DNA from: Rhizomicrobium sp.
GTDB taxonomy: Bacteria > Pseudomonadota > Alphaproteobacteria > Micropepsales > Micropepsaceae
Assembly (NCBI GenBank): GCA_036270435.1
Contig: DATBCP010000143.1
Span: forward strand, 1 to 36,373
DNA: 36,373 bases
Direction: 5' to 3'
The notes beneath the pieces were generated by a model. The model was not told where the DNA came from and did no database searches. It worked only from the letters and a program-made list of their open reading frames with translations. Position numbers and translations under genes: made by a program. Shown one piece after another: positions 18,035 to 26,745 of this stretch (positions within the stretch are counted from its first letter, which is position 1; the number at the start of each line of letters is the position of its first letter).

Positions 18035-18936
18035 CAAAGCTGCTGGTGACGGGCGGCGCCGGATTCATCGGCAGCCATCTTTGCGAAGGCCTTTTGGCGC
18101 GCGGCCATCAGGTGCGGGTGCTGGATAATCTGGTCTATGGCCGGCGCGATGATCTGCCGGCGGGCGTCGAATTCATCCAGGGCGACATTCGCGATCCCGC
18201 CACCTGCCGGCGTGCCGCCGACGGCATGGAAGGAATTTTCCATTGCGCCGCCATGTCGAGATCGGGGCCGTCGCAAGACCAGATCGACGTCTGCACCCAA
18301 TCCAACATCACCGGCACCCAGAATATGCTGCTGGCGGCGCGCGACGCCGGCGTGCAACGCTTTATCTATAGCGGGTCCTCGACTTATTACGGCAACCGCG
18401 CGGTGCCGCACCGCGAAGGCGTTTCCCCCGACCTGCTCAACATCTACGGCCTGACCAAGAAGGTGGGCGAGGATTATTGCCTTCTGTTCGCCAAGAATTT
18501 CGGCCTGGATTGCGTGGTACTGCGCTATTTCAACGTCTATGGCCCTCGCCAGCCTGAAACGGGGGCCTACGCCCTGGTGCTGGGAATCTTCCTCCACCGC
18601 CTTGCCGAAGGCAAAGCCCTGGAAATCCATGGCGACGGCCGGCAGCGGCGCGACTTCGTGCATGTGCGCGACGTGGTGGCGGCGAATATCCTGGCCTATG
18701 AACGCGCCGGAGACGAAGGCGTGCGCGGCGAAATCTTCAATGTCGGCAGCGGCGAAAGCCTTTCGGTCAAAGAACTGGCGGATAGGATTTCGTCGAGCCA
18801 AGTCCATACCGCGGCGCGCAAGGGCGATGCGGCGGCCACCCTTGCGGACATCTCCAAGATCAAGACCCGGCTGGGCTGGTCGCCGGAGATTTCTTTTGCC
18901 GATGGCCTCAAGGAATTGATAACGCTCACCAAGTGA
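18031..18936 (+). CDS. NAD-dependent nucleotide-sugar epimerase/dehydratase (extended SDR)
   Basis: GGAGFIG, SGSS, YGLTK (YxxxK), RYFNVYGPRQ, RDFVHV. ATGA overlap. Confidence 0.92.
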   Translation: MTKLLVTGGAGFIGSHLCEGLLARGHQVRVLDNLVYGRRDDLPAGVEFIQGDIRDPATCRRAADGMEGIFHCAAMSRSGPSQDQIDVCTQSNITGTQNMLLAARDAGVQRFIYSGSSTYYGNRAVPHREGVSPDLLNIYGLTKKVGEDYCLLFAKNFGLDCVVLRYFNVYGPRQPETGAYALVLGIFLHRLAEGKALEIHGDGRQRRDFVHVRDVVAANILAYERAGDEGVRGEIFNVGSGESLSVKELADRISSSQVHTAARKGDAAATLADISKIKTRLGWSPEISFADGLKELITLTK

Positions 18937-19047
18937 GCGTTTTGCAAGGCTTTGCCGCTGTAGCCATCTTGATGTCTTGCCGTTATCCTGCCGCAATAAA
19001 AGACAACGCTAAGGCCGCCCGGAGGCGGCCTGACAATCAAATAAGGA

Positions 19048-19473
19048 ATGACCATGCGCCGCCCACTCCTGTTGCTTTCCGCTGCCGCCGCTTTGATCGC
19101 CGCCGTGCCGCATCTGGCGGGCGCGCAAAGCGCGCCCAAGCCCGCGCTTTACACCTCCGACCAGGCCACGGCCGGGGCCGCGGTCTATTCCCAGGCCTGC
19201 GCCGCTTGCCATGGCGCGCAGCTCGAAGGCGTGGCGGCGCCCGCCTTGAAAGGCTCGAACTTTGGCGAGATGGCCACCGCGCAGGGCCTGACGGTGGATG
19301 CGCTGCTGGACGTGATCGCCAACACCATGCCGCAATCCGATCCCGGCTCGCTCAAGCCGGATGACTATGCCGCCGTGACCGCCTATATCCTGCAGCAGAA
19401 TGGCTATCCCGCCGGCAGCACGGCGCTTGCCAAAGGCGCCGCCGGGCTGAAAGACGCCAAGGTCACGCCCTAG
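19048..19473 (+). CDS. Periplasmic class I cytochrome c
   Basis: Signal peptide, CAACH heme motif, TMP distal Met. Alternative start ATG 19054 is better spaced from AAGGA. Confidence 0.9.
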   Translation: MTMRRPLLLLSAAAALIAAVPHLAGAQSAPKPALYTSDQATAGAAVYSQACAACHGAQLEGVAAPALKGSNFGEMATAQGLTVDALLDVIANTMPQSDPGSLKPDDYAAVTAYILQQNGYPAGSTALAKGAAGLKDAKVTP

Positions 19474-19495
19474 GCCTGAATTCGCGGAGCGTATC

Positions 19496-21295
19496 ATGAG
19501 GAATTCCGCTATCGCATTGTTGGCGGCGGCATGCTTTGGCCTGAGCGGCGGCGCTTTGGGGCAAACCCCCCAACCGGTGGGTAGCGCGGGCGAGGCGGCG
19601 GCCCCGATCGGTGGCCGGGCGACGGAGGGGATCAATCCCATCCTGCTGGGCTCGAACCCCGCCAATCCCGGCTCGTTTCAAATGCAGCCGGTCACCCAGA
19701 AGGTCGATATCAGCGACCGGATGATGTTGGACTCCGACCGCTCGGACGATTGGATCGTTCACGGCCGCACCTATGACAATCAGCGCTTCTCACCTTTCAC
19801 CGATATCGACAAATCCAATGTGCGGCAGTTGCGGCCCACCGCCATCATCCAGACCGGCATCACCAAGACCAGCGAGATGACGCCGATCGAAGTGGATGGC
19901 GTGCTCTATCTGGAAACCGGCGATAACAACATTCAGGCCTATGACGCCATCACCGGCAAACAGCTCTGGGCCTATTCGCCCAAGCTCGGCTATTCCAACC
20001 TGTGCTGCGGGCAGCAATCGCGCGGCGTCGCGGTGGCCTATGGCAAGGTCTTTGCCGCCCAGCTCGACGGCCATGTCGTGGCGCTGGACGCGCGCACCGG
20101 CAAGCAGATCTGGGGGACGGAGCATGCCGATGCCCTGCCCCAGCCGGCCTATTTCTATTCCTTCACCATGGCGCCGATTGCCTTCAATGGCATGATCCTG
20201 GTGGGCAATGCCGGCGCGGAATGGCCGACGCGCGGCTTTCTGGAAGCGCTGGATGCCAATACCGGCAAGCTGGTGTGGCGCTTCAACACCACCGCCGCGC
20301 CGGACCAGCCCGGCGGCAAGAGTTGGAGCGGCGACAGCTGGAAATATGGCGGCGGCTCGGTGTGGAACACGCCCGCCATCGACGTGAAGAACAATCTCAT
20401 CCTGTTCGCCACCGGCAATCCCAATCCCGACCTGGATGGCACCAGCCGCAAGGGCGACAATGCCTATACCGACTCCATCGTCGCCATCGACTCCCGCACC
20501 GGAAAGCTGAAATGGTGGTACCAGCAAGTCGCCCATGACGTGTGGGACTATGATGCCTGCGCGCCGGTGGTGCTGTTCGACACGGTCGATGAGCATGGCA
20601 AGGTGGTGCCGGCAGCGGCCGAGGCCGGCAAGGTCGGCAACGTCTTCATCGTCAACCGCCTGACTGGCAAGCTGATCCGCAAGTCGCCGCCCATTTCGAC
20701 GGTCAATGAGAATTTCATGAAGCCGTTGTCGGCCAAGCCCCTGATCATCCTGCCCGGCAGCAAGGGCGGTGCCATGTGGTCGCCGCCGGCCTGGTCGCCG
20801 CAGACCCGCTATTTCTACACCATGGGCGTGAACGAGGCGCACGAGTTCGTCCTCAACCGCCCGTTGCCGGATGTCTACAAGCCCGGCACGCCCATCGCCG
20901 GCCAATATAGCGGCGGCAATATGGCGGTGAATCTCGACGCCCTGGCACCCAGCGGCACGTTCACCGCGGTCAATACCGACACCGGCGCGATCGCCTGGCA
21001 ATATAAGTCCGACCGCCCCATGTATGGCGGTGTGCTGGCGACAGCGAGCGGGCTGGTGTTTGCCGGCGAGATGAACGGCGATTTCAACGCTTTTGACGCC
21101 AAGACGGGTGAGAAACTGTGGCACTATTCCTTGGGTTCCGGCGTCTGCACCCCGCCCATCACCTACAAGATAAAAGGCGTGCAGTACGTCGCGGTCGGCG
21201 CCAGCGGTTGTCATGGCGGCGAAATCCTGATGTACAATGACGGCCGCTCCACCTTTGGCGACGCATTTGCGATCTTCGCGCTGCCGGAAAAATAA
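19496..21295 (+). CDS. PQQ-dependent alcohol dehydrogenase (methanol/ethanol family)
   Basis: Signal peptide, beta-propeller repeats (ALDARTGKQIW), vicinal CC, GAE, TGNP, HDVWDYD, no C-terminal heme domain. Confidence 0.9.
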   Translation: MRNSAIALLAAACFGLSGGALGQTPQPVGSAGEAAAPIGGRATEGINPILLGSNPANPGSFQMQPVTQKVDISDRMMLDSDRSDDWIVHGRTYDNQRFSPFTDIDKSNVRQLRPTAIIQTGITKTSEMTPIEVDGVLYLETGDNNIQAYDAITGKQLWAYSPKLGYSNLCCGQQSRGVAVAYGKVFAAQLDGHVVALDARTGKQIWGTEHADALPQPAYFYSFTMAPIAFNGMILVGNAGAEWPTRGFLEALDANTGKLVWRFNTTAAPDQPGGKSWSGDSWKYGGGSVWNTPAIDVKNNLILFATGNPNPDLDGTSRKGDNAYTDSIVAIDSRTGKLKWWYQQVAHDVWDYDACAPVVLFDTVDEHGKVVPAAAEAGKVGNVFIVNRLTGKLIRKSPPISTVNENFMKPLSAKPLIILPGSKGGAMWSPPAWSPQTRYFYTMGVNEAHEFVLNRPLPDVYKPGTPIAGQYSGGNMAVNLDALAPSGTFTAVNTDTGAIAWQYKSDRPMYGGVLATASGLVFAGEMNGDFNAFDAKTGEKLWHYSLGSGVCTPPITYKIKGVQYVAVGASGCHGGEILMYNDGRSTFGDAFAIFALPEK

Positions 21296-21333
21296 TTCCT
21301 GAAGATAATTCTGAAAAGTAAGAAGGCCGATCC

Positions 21334-22038
21334 ATGGACCCTCAAATCAAAACGACGCTCGCAGGGATTTCCACCGCCACCATCACCACCGTGTTGCTCA
21401 AGAAGGGCTTGCGCAATGTCTGGTTGCGCGGCGCTTTCCCCAAGCAACCTGGCCAGACGCGGGTGGTGGGCACCGCTTTCACCTTGCGGTTCGTCCCGGC
21501 ACGCGAAGACTTGGCGACACCGGCGAGCTGGGCCTCGCCCATCTCCACCCGGACCGCGATCGAGGCGATGGAGGAGGGCGTGATCGCGGTGGCGGACGCC
21601 ATGGGCGTCACCGATGCCGGCATCTTCGGCGACATTCTTTGCGCCCGCATGGCCAAGCGCAGGGTCGGCGCCCTGATCACCGATGGCGTGATGCGCGACA
21701 TGGAAGGCGTATTGGCCACCGGCCTTGCTGTCTGGTGCGCGGGCGCGGCGGCGCCGGCCTCTGTAGCCAGCCTCACTTTCGTCAATTGGCAGGAGCCGAT
21801 CGCCTGCGGCGGGGTGGCGATTTTTCCGGGCGATACGATTGTCGCCGATGGCGACGGCGCGGTGGTGATCCCGCAAGCCATGCTGGCCGAGGTCGCGCAA
21901 ATGGCCGCCGAACAGGAAGAGCAGGAAGCCTGGATCATCAACGAAGTGAATAACGGCATGCCGCTGCCCGGGCTTTATCCGCCGAATGAAGAGACCAAGG
22001 CGCGGTATGCCGCGTGGCGGAAGGAAAACAAGAAGTAG
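21334..22038 (+). CDS. RraA-like / HMG-CHA aldolase family protein
   Basis: GTAFTLRF, AGIFGDIL, ITDGVMRD, PGDTIVADGDGAVVIP. Confidence 0.88.
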   Translation: MDPQIKTTLAGISTATITTVLLKKGLRNVWLRGAFPKQPGQTRVVGTAFTLRFVPAREDLATPASWASPISTRTAIEAMEEGVIAVADAMGVTDAGIFGDILCARMAKRRVGALITDGVMRDMEGVLATGLAVWCAGAAAPASVASLTFVNWQEPIACGGVAIFPGDTIVADGDGAVVIPQAMLAEVAQMAAEQEEQEAWIINEVNNGMPLPGLYPPNEETKARYAAWRKENKK

Positions 22039-22050
22039 GTTCTGCGCTGA

Positions 22051-22132
22051 GCCCTTCGCTTACGCTCAGGGCGTTCGGCGCTCAAATCGATTCACTGAAT
22101 CGATTTGTCAGGCTTCGCCGGCCGCGCCTCAC
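22051..22132. repeat. Structured intergenic (REP/RIME-like) element, copy 2
   Basis: Stems GGCGC/GCGCC and CAAATCGATTCA/TGAATCGATTTG, similar to 1718-1819. Confidence 0.7.
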
Positions 22133-22779
22133 TCCTTGATAAAATCCCGCAGCCTTCCATAACTCAACTCGATATGCCGCCGCATGGCCGCTTCGGCCTT
22201 CGTCCGATCGCGGACGCGGATAGCGGCGATAATGGCATTGTGCTCATGCACCGCTTCTTCCGCGATCTCGCTGCGAAAGCAGGAGCGGAAGATGTGGATA
22301 TGGATATGCAACCGCGCCAGCGAATCCGCGATCAGGTGGTTCCCGGCCCCTTGCGCGATCAGGCGATGGAATTCGGTGTCCATGTCGGCAAAGGCATCGT
22401 GTGACGGCGCGCTCTCGCCACTTGCCAGGAGCTCAATTTCAGCCTCGCGCATCATCTCGGCCGCTTTGCGCGCCGCATGCGGTTCAATCAGCAACCGGAA
22501 TTCAAACAGCTCATCCAACTGGGCGCGATTCATCCGCGGGCTGGTGGCATAGCCGGCCCAGTGGCGCTTGCTGACCAGCCCATTGGCTTCCAGCATGGAC
22601 AGCGCCTCGCGGATCGGGGTCTGGGACACCCCCAATTCCCGCGCCAAGCTGTCGACCGAGACCCGGCTATCCGGCGGCAGCTTGAGCGACATGATGTCGG
22701 CCCGAATGCGGCGATAGACCTCCTCCGCCAGGCCCGAAGGCCGGACGATGGAACGGTCCATTTCAGGAGCGGCGCGCAT
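22129..22779 (-). CDS. GntR family (FadR/FCD) transcriptional regulator
   Basis: wHTH LARELGVSQTPIREAL, FCD residues D..FH, N, EH..I, H. Start at ATG 22779 or 22761; the 366-aa ORF extension runs antisense into the Ldh gene. Confidence 0.9.
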   Translation of the reverse strand: MRAAPEMDRSIVRPSGLAEEVYRRIRADIMSLKLPPDSRVSVDSLARELGVSQTPIREALSMLEANGLVSKRHWAGYATSPRMNRAQLDELFEFRLLIEPHAARKAAEMMREAEIELLASGESAPSHDAFADMDTEFHRLIAQGAGNHLIADSLARLHIHIHIFRSCFRSEIAEEAVHEHNAIIAAIRVRDRTKAEAAMRRHIELSYGRLRDFIKE

Positions 22780-22829
22780 CGGGAACTGGTTCTTTGAAAT
22801 TGGGGGCACGGAAAAGCACGATTTGGCCA

Positions 22830-22876
22830 TTGACCGGGCCCAGCATAACCCATACGGTCCGCCGATCCTATAGGAT
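22830..22876 (+). promoter_or_regulatory. Putative sigma70 promoter with overlapping palindromic operator
   Basis: TTGACC (22830-35), 17-nt spacer, TACGGT (22853-58). Perfect palindrome ATCCTATAGGAT (22865-76) at the predicted +1. Confidence 0.6.
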
Positions 22877-22885
22877 ATTTGATCC

Positions 22886-23911
22886 GTGCTGGTCCCTGTC
22901 GAGGAAGTCCGCAAGCTGGCCGAGGGCATCCTGTTCGCCAATGGCGTGCCTGCCGACCATGCCCGGACCCAGGCGGGGCTGTTCATCGAAGCCGAGAGGC
23001 GGGCTATCCCCAGCCACGGGCTGCTCAGGCTTCGCCGGGTGATCGAACGCATCCATGCCGGTCTGTCGGTGCCCGGCGCCATTGGCAAACAGACCTGGAC
23101 CGCGCGCAGCTTTCTCAGCGTCGACGGCGAACGCGGCCTGGGACCGGTGGTCGCCATGGCGGCGCTGGACGCCATCATCCCGCGCGCCCGCGAAGACGGC
23201 ATCGCCATCGCCGCCATCCGCAACACCAATCATCTGGGTGCGCTGGCTTATTACGCGGAAGACGTGGCGACCAAGGGCCTGACCTGCATCGCGCTGACCA
23301 TTTCCGAAGCGCTGGTGCACCCCTTTGGCGGCCGCAAGGCGATGATCGGCACCAATCCCATCGCCATCGGCGTGCCCTCCTCGCCCCATCCCATGGTGCT
23401 GGACATGGCCACCGGCCTGGTCTCCATGGGCAAGATTCACGACCATGCCAATCGCGGCGCGCCGATCCCGTTGGGTTGGGCACTGGACGAGAAGGGCGAT
23501 CCCACCACCGATGCCTCGGCTGCCAAGAAAGGCGCCATCGCGCCCTTCGGCGGCGCCAAGGGCTATGCGCTTGGCATCGCCTTTGAAGTACTGGTGGCGA
23601 GCCTGGCGGCTTCGGCCATCGGCACCGACGTCAAAGGCACCTTGGATTCGGTGAATGTTTCCAACAAGGGCGATCTTTTCATCGTCATCGCCCCGCCGCA
23701 TGCGGAAGCGGCCAAGGCATTGGTGACGGACTATCTCGACAGCATCCGCAACGCCGCGCCCGCCGATCCGGAACATCCCGTGCTGGCGCCGGGCGATCGC
23801 GCTCACAAGGTGCGGGCGCAATCGGAAAAGCGTGGCGTCTATCTCGACGATGGGCTATGGGCCGATCTGCAGAAGCTGGCGGTGGAATCGCGAAAGGAAA
23901 AAGCATCATGA
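22886..23911 (+). CDS. Ldh_2 family (malate/L-lactate/sulfolactate-type) NAD(P)-dependent oxidoreductase
   Basis: SHG, NHLGAL, GTNPIA, LDMAT, PFGGAKGYAL, PGDR. GTG start with AGGA SD. Confidence 0.9.
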   Translation: MLVPVEEVRKLAEGILFANGVPADHARTQAGLFIEAERRAIPSHGLLRLRRVIERIHAGLSVPGAIGKQTWTARSFLSVDGERGLGPVVAMAALDAIIPRAREDGIAIAAIRNTNHLGALAYYAEDVATKGLTCIALTISEALVHPFGGRKAMIGTNPIAIGVPSSPHPMVLDMATGLVSMGKIHDHANRGAPIPLGWALDEKGDPTTDASAAKKGAIAPFGGAKGYALGIAFEVLVASLAASAIGTDVKGTLDSVNVSNKGDLFIVIAPPHAEAAKALVTDYLDSIRNAAPADPEHPVLAPGDRAHKVRAQSEKRGVYLDDGLWADLQKLAVESRKEKAS

Positions 23912-25128
23912 CTGGAATTTTCGGCGCCCTGCGCCTGCCCGCTTCGGTGATCTTCGGCTCCGGCCAACGCGCCGCCATCGGCTTGATGACGGCGCAGATC
24001 GGCAAGCGCGCCCTGATCTGCACCGATGCCCGCATGGGTGCCGATGCGCAATTCAAGCTGATTGTCGCCGACATCGAGGCCAATGGCGTCGAGACCAAGG
24101 TCTATGACCGCACCGAGGCCGATTTGCCGATGGCAGGCATTTCCGGCTGCGTCGCCGAATGCGCCGATTTCAACCCGGACGTGGTGCTGGGGATTGGCGG
24201 CGGCTCCTGCATGGACATGGCCAAATGCGTGGCGGTGCTGCTGCAGCATGGCGGTTCGTTGCGCGATTACTATGGCGAAAACAAAATTCCGGGACCGGTG
24301 GCGCCGGTGATCGCGGTGCCCACCACCTCCGGCACCGGCTCGGAAGTGACGCCGGTGGCGGTGGTCGCCGACACCGAGCGCGGCACCAAGGTGGGGATTT
24401 CCAGCCCCTATCTGATCCCGCGTGCGGCGGTGTGCGACCCGGAACTGACCCTGACCTGCCCACCTGGCCTCACCGCCGTCAGCGGCGCCGATGCCCTGAC
24501 CCACGCTATCGAAAGCTACACCGCCGCGCACCGCGAGGTGACGCCGGAGCTGACAGTCAAGAATGTCTTCGTCGGCAAGAATGTGCTGAGCGATACCTTC
24601 GGCTTGCTGGCGTTGCAGAATATCTTCGGCGGCTTACGTACCGCCGTGAAAGACGGCAAGAACATCGAAGCGCGCGAGCAGATGATGCTGGCCTCGCTGG
24701 CGGCCGGCTGCGCCTTCGGCACCGCCGGCACGGCGGCGGCCCATGCCATCCAATATCCGGTGGGCAATGAAACCCACACCCCGCATGGCATGGGCGTGGC
24801 GCTGCTGATGCCCTATGTGATGGAGTTCAACCGCCCCAACTGCGTGGCGGCTTTTGCCCAAATCGGGCGCGCCATCGGTCTGGCCGGCACGGACGAAGAA
24901 CTTTCCCACAGGCTGATCGACGAAGTCGCCAAACTGCTCAAGGATATCGGCATCCCGGTGACTTTGAAGGATCTGGGCTTGCCGGAAGACAAGCAAGACT
25001 GGACAGCGGAAGCAGCCATCGGCGCCGCCCGCCTGGTCAACAACAATCCCCGCAAGCTGGATGTGGATGCCCTGAGGGCGATCACCCGCGCCGCCTTCAG
25101 CGGCGACCGCGCCACGCTTGCTTCCTGA
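23908..25128 (+). CDS. Iron-containing (group III) alcohol dehydrogenase
   Basis: GGGSCMDMAK, PTTSGTGSEVT, DALTHAIES, AHAIQY, PHG. ATG 23908 overlaps the upstream TGA. Confidence 0.92.
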   Translation: MTGIFGALRLPASVIFGSGQRAAIGLMTAQIGKRALICTDARMGADAQFKLIVADIEANGVETKVYDRTEADLPMAGISGCVAECADFNPDVVLGIGGGSCMDMAKCVAVLLQHGGSLRDYYGENKIPGPVAPVIAVPTTSGTGSEVTPVAVVADTERGTKVGISSPYLIPRAAVCDPELTLTCPPGLTAVSGADALTHAIESYTAAHREVTPELTVKNVFVGKNVLSDTFGLLALQNIFGGLRTAVKDGKNIEAREQMMLASLAAGCAFGTAGTAAAHAIQYPVGNETHTPHGMGVALLMPYVMEFNRPNCVAAFAQIGRAIGLAGTDEELSHRLIDEVAKLLKDIGIPVTLKDLGLPEDKQDWTAEAAIGAARLVNNNPRKLDVDALRAITRAAFSGDRATLAS

Positions 25129-25146
25129 ACCCCCATAGAGAGAACC

Positions 25147-26628
25147 ATGACCAACACAGTCACCATTCCCGCCCCCAAGACCGGACCCAAGCCCTTCCCC
25201 ATCCCCACCGATCTTTGGATCGGCGGCAAATGGGTGGAAGCTGCCGGCAAAAGGCGTGTCGATGTCTTCGATCCCTCGACCGGGAAAAAGATCACCGACG
25301 TTGCCGATTGCGATGCCAATGATGCCATGGCGGCTGTGGACGCCGCCGACAAGGCCGCCGCGGGCTGGGCCGCCACCACGCCGCGCCAGCGCGCCGAGAT
25401 CCTGCGCAAATGCTATGAGAAGATCGTCGAGAATATCGAATGGCTGGCCTATCTGATCAGTCTGGAGAACGGCAAGGCGCTGCCCGACGCACGCAGCGAA
25501 GTGCTCTATGCCGCCGAATTCTACCGCTGGTATGCCGAGGAATGCTGCCATGTACTGGGCGAGGTCGCCATGGCGCCGGCCAGCGGCGCGCGCATCGTGG
25601 TGCAATACCAGCCCATGGGCATCGCGCTGTTGATCACGCCCTGGAACTATCCGGCGGCGATGGCGACCCGCAAGATCGCGCCCGCGCTGGCGGCCGGCTG
25701 CACCATTGTGCTCAAGCCCGCCACGGAGACGCCTCTCACCGCCTTTGCCGTCGCCCAGATCATGCATGACTGCGGCGTGCCGGCGGGCGTGGTGAATGTC
25801 GTCACCACCGCCAAGGCCAGCGCGCTGTCCAAGGCGGTGCTGCACGACCCCAGGGTGCGCAAGCTGTCTTTCACCGGCTCGACCCAGGTGGGCCGCGCTC
25901 TGCTGCATGAAGCAGCCGACCAGGTGATTTCCTGCGCCATGGAATTGGGCGGCAATGCCCCCTTCATCGTCTGCAAGGATGCCAATCTGGGCGACTCGCT
26001 GGATGGCGCCATGCTGGCCAAGATGCGCAACAGCGGCGAGGCCTGCACCGCCGCCAACCGCTTCTATGTCCACAAGGACGTCTACAAGCCTTTCAGCGAC
26101 GGCATTGTCGATCGCATGTCCAAGATCAAGCTGGGCGAAGCGACCGACCCGGACTCCACCTTGGGCCCGATGGTGAACGAAAAATCCGTCGCGAAGATCG
26201 CCGAACTGGTGGACGACGCGGTGGCCAAAGGCGCCAAACTGCTCTTGGGCGGCCAGCGGCTCAACCGGCCCGGCTATTATTATCCGCCGACCGTGCTGTC
26301 GGATGTCCCCGACAATGCCGACATGATGAAGGAGGAGATATTCGGGCCTGTCGTGTCGCTGCAATCCTTTGAGGACGAAGCCGAAGCCATCCGCAAAGCC
26401 AATGACACCGAATTTGGCCTGGCGGCTTATGTCTACACCCAGGACCTCAAGCGCGGGTTGCAGATCTGCGAGAAGATCGAGTCCGGCATGCTCGGCCTCA
26501 ATCGCGGGTTGATGTCGGATCCGGCGGCGCCGTTCGGCGGCGTCAAGCAGTCAGGCCTGGGCCGCGAAGGCTCGCACCATGGCCTGATCGAGTTCTGCGA
26601 AGTGAAGTATATATCGACCAACTGGTGA
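25147..26628 (+). CDS. NAD(P)-dependent aldehyde dehydrogenase, succinate-semialdehyde dehydrogenase (GabD)-like
   Basis: ITPWNYP, FTGST, MELGGNAP, GEAC (catalytic Cys), EEIFGP, PFGGVKQSGLGREG. Confidence 0.92.
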   Translation: MTNTVTIPAPKTGPKPFPIPTDLWIGGKWVEAAGKRRVDVFDPSTGKKITDVADCDANDAMAAVDAADKAAAGWAATTPRQRAEILRKCYEKIVENIEWLAYLISLENGKALPDARSEVLYAAEFYRWYAEECCHVLGEVAMAPASGARIVVQYQPMGIALLITPWNYPAAMATRKIAPALAAGCTIVLKPATETPLTAFAVAQIMHDCGVPAGVVNVVTTAKASALSKAVLHDPRVRKLSFTGSTQVGRALLHEAADQVISCAMELGGNAPFIVCKDANLGDSLDGAMLAKMRNSGEACTAANRFYVHKDVYKPFSDGIVDRMSKIKLGEATDPDSTLGPMVNEKSVAKIAELVDDAVAKGAKLLLGGQRLNRPGYYYPPTVLSDVPDNADMMKEEIFGPVVSLQSFEDEAEAIRKANDTEFGLAAYVYTQDLKRGLQICEKIESGMLGLNRGLMSDPAAPFGGVKQSGLGREGSHHGLIEFCEVKYISTNW

Positions 26629-26638
26629 CTCTACCCTC

Positions 26639-26690
26639 GGTGGGCGGGCGTCGTTACGCTGCCGCTAACGACCCCAGCCCATCCACCTTT
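26639..26690 (+). terminator. Imperfect long hairpin after the gabD-like gene
   Basis: GGTGGGCGGGC-GTCGTTA...TAACGAC...GCCCATCCACC followed by TTT. Confidence 0.4.
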
Positions 26691-26711
26691 GCCTCAACCA
26701 AAAGAAAAGTT

Positions 26712-26740
26712 GGATGGCCGGTTCAGGGCCGGCCATGGTG
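26712..26740. repeat. REP-like palindrome / hairpin downstream of selO
   Basis: ATGGCCGG-TTCAGGG-CCGGCCAT, resembling the alphaproteobacterial GATGGCCGGGTCAAGCCCGGCCATGAC repeat as I recall it. Confidence 0.5.
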
Positions 26741-26745
26741 AGAGA

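Noticed and set aside
22780-23229. 150-aa N-terminal extension of the GntR ORF
   Set aside because: It overlaps the divergent promoter and the Ldh_2 gene in antisense. The wHTH domain begins just after 22779/22761.
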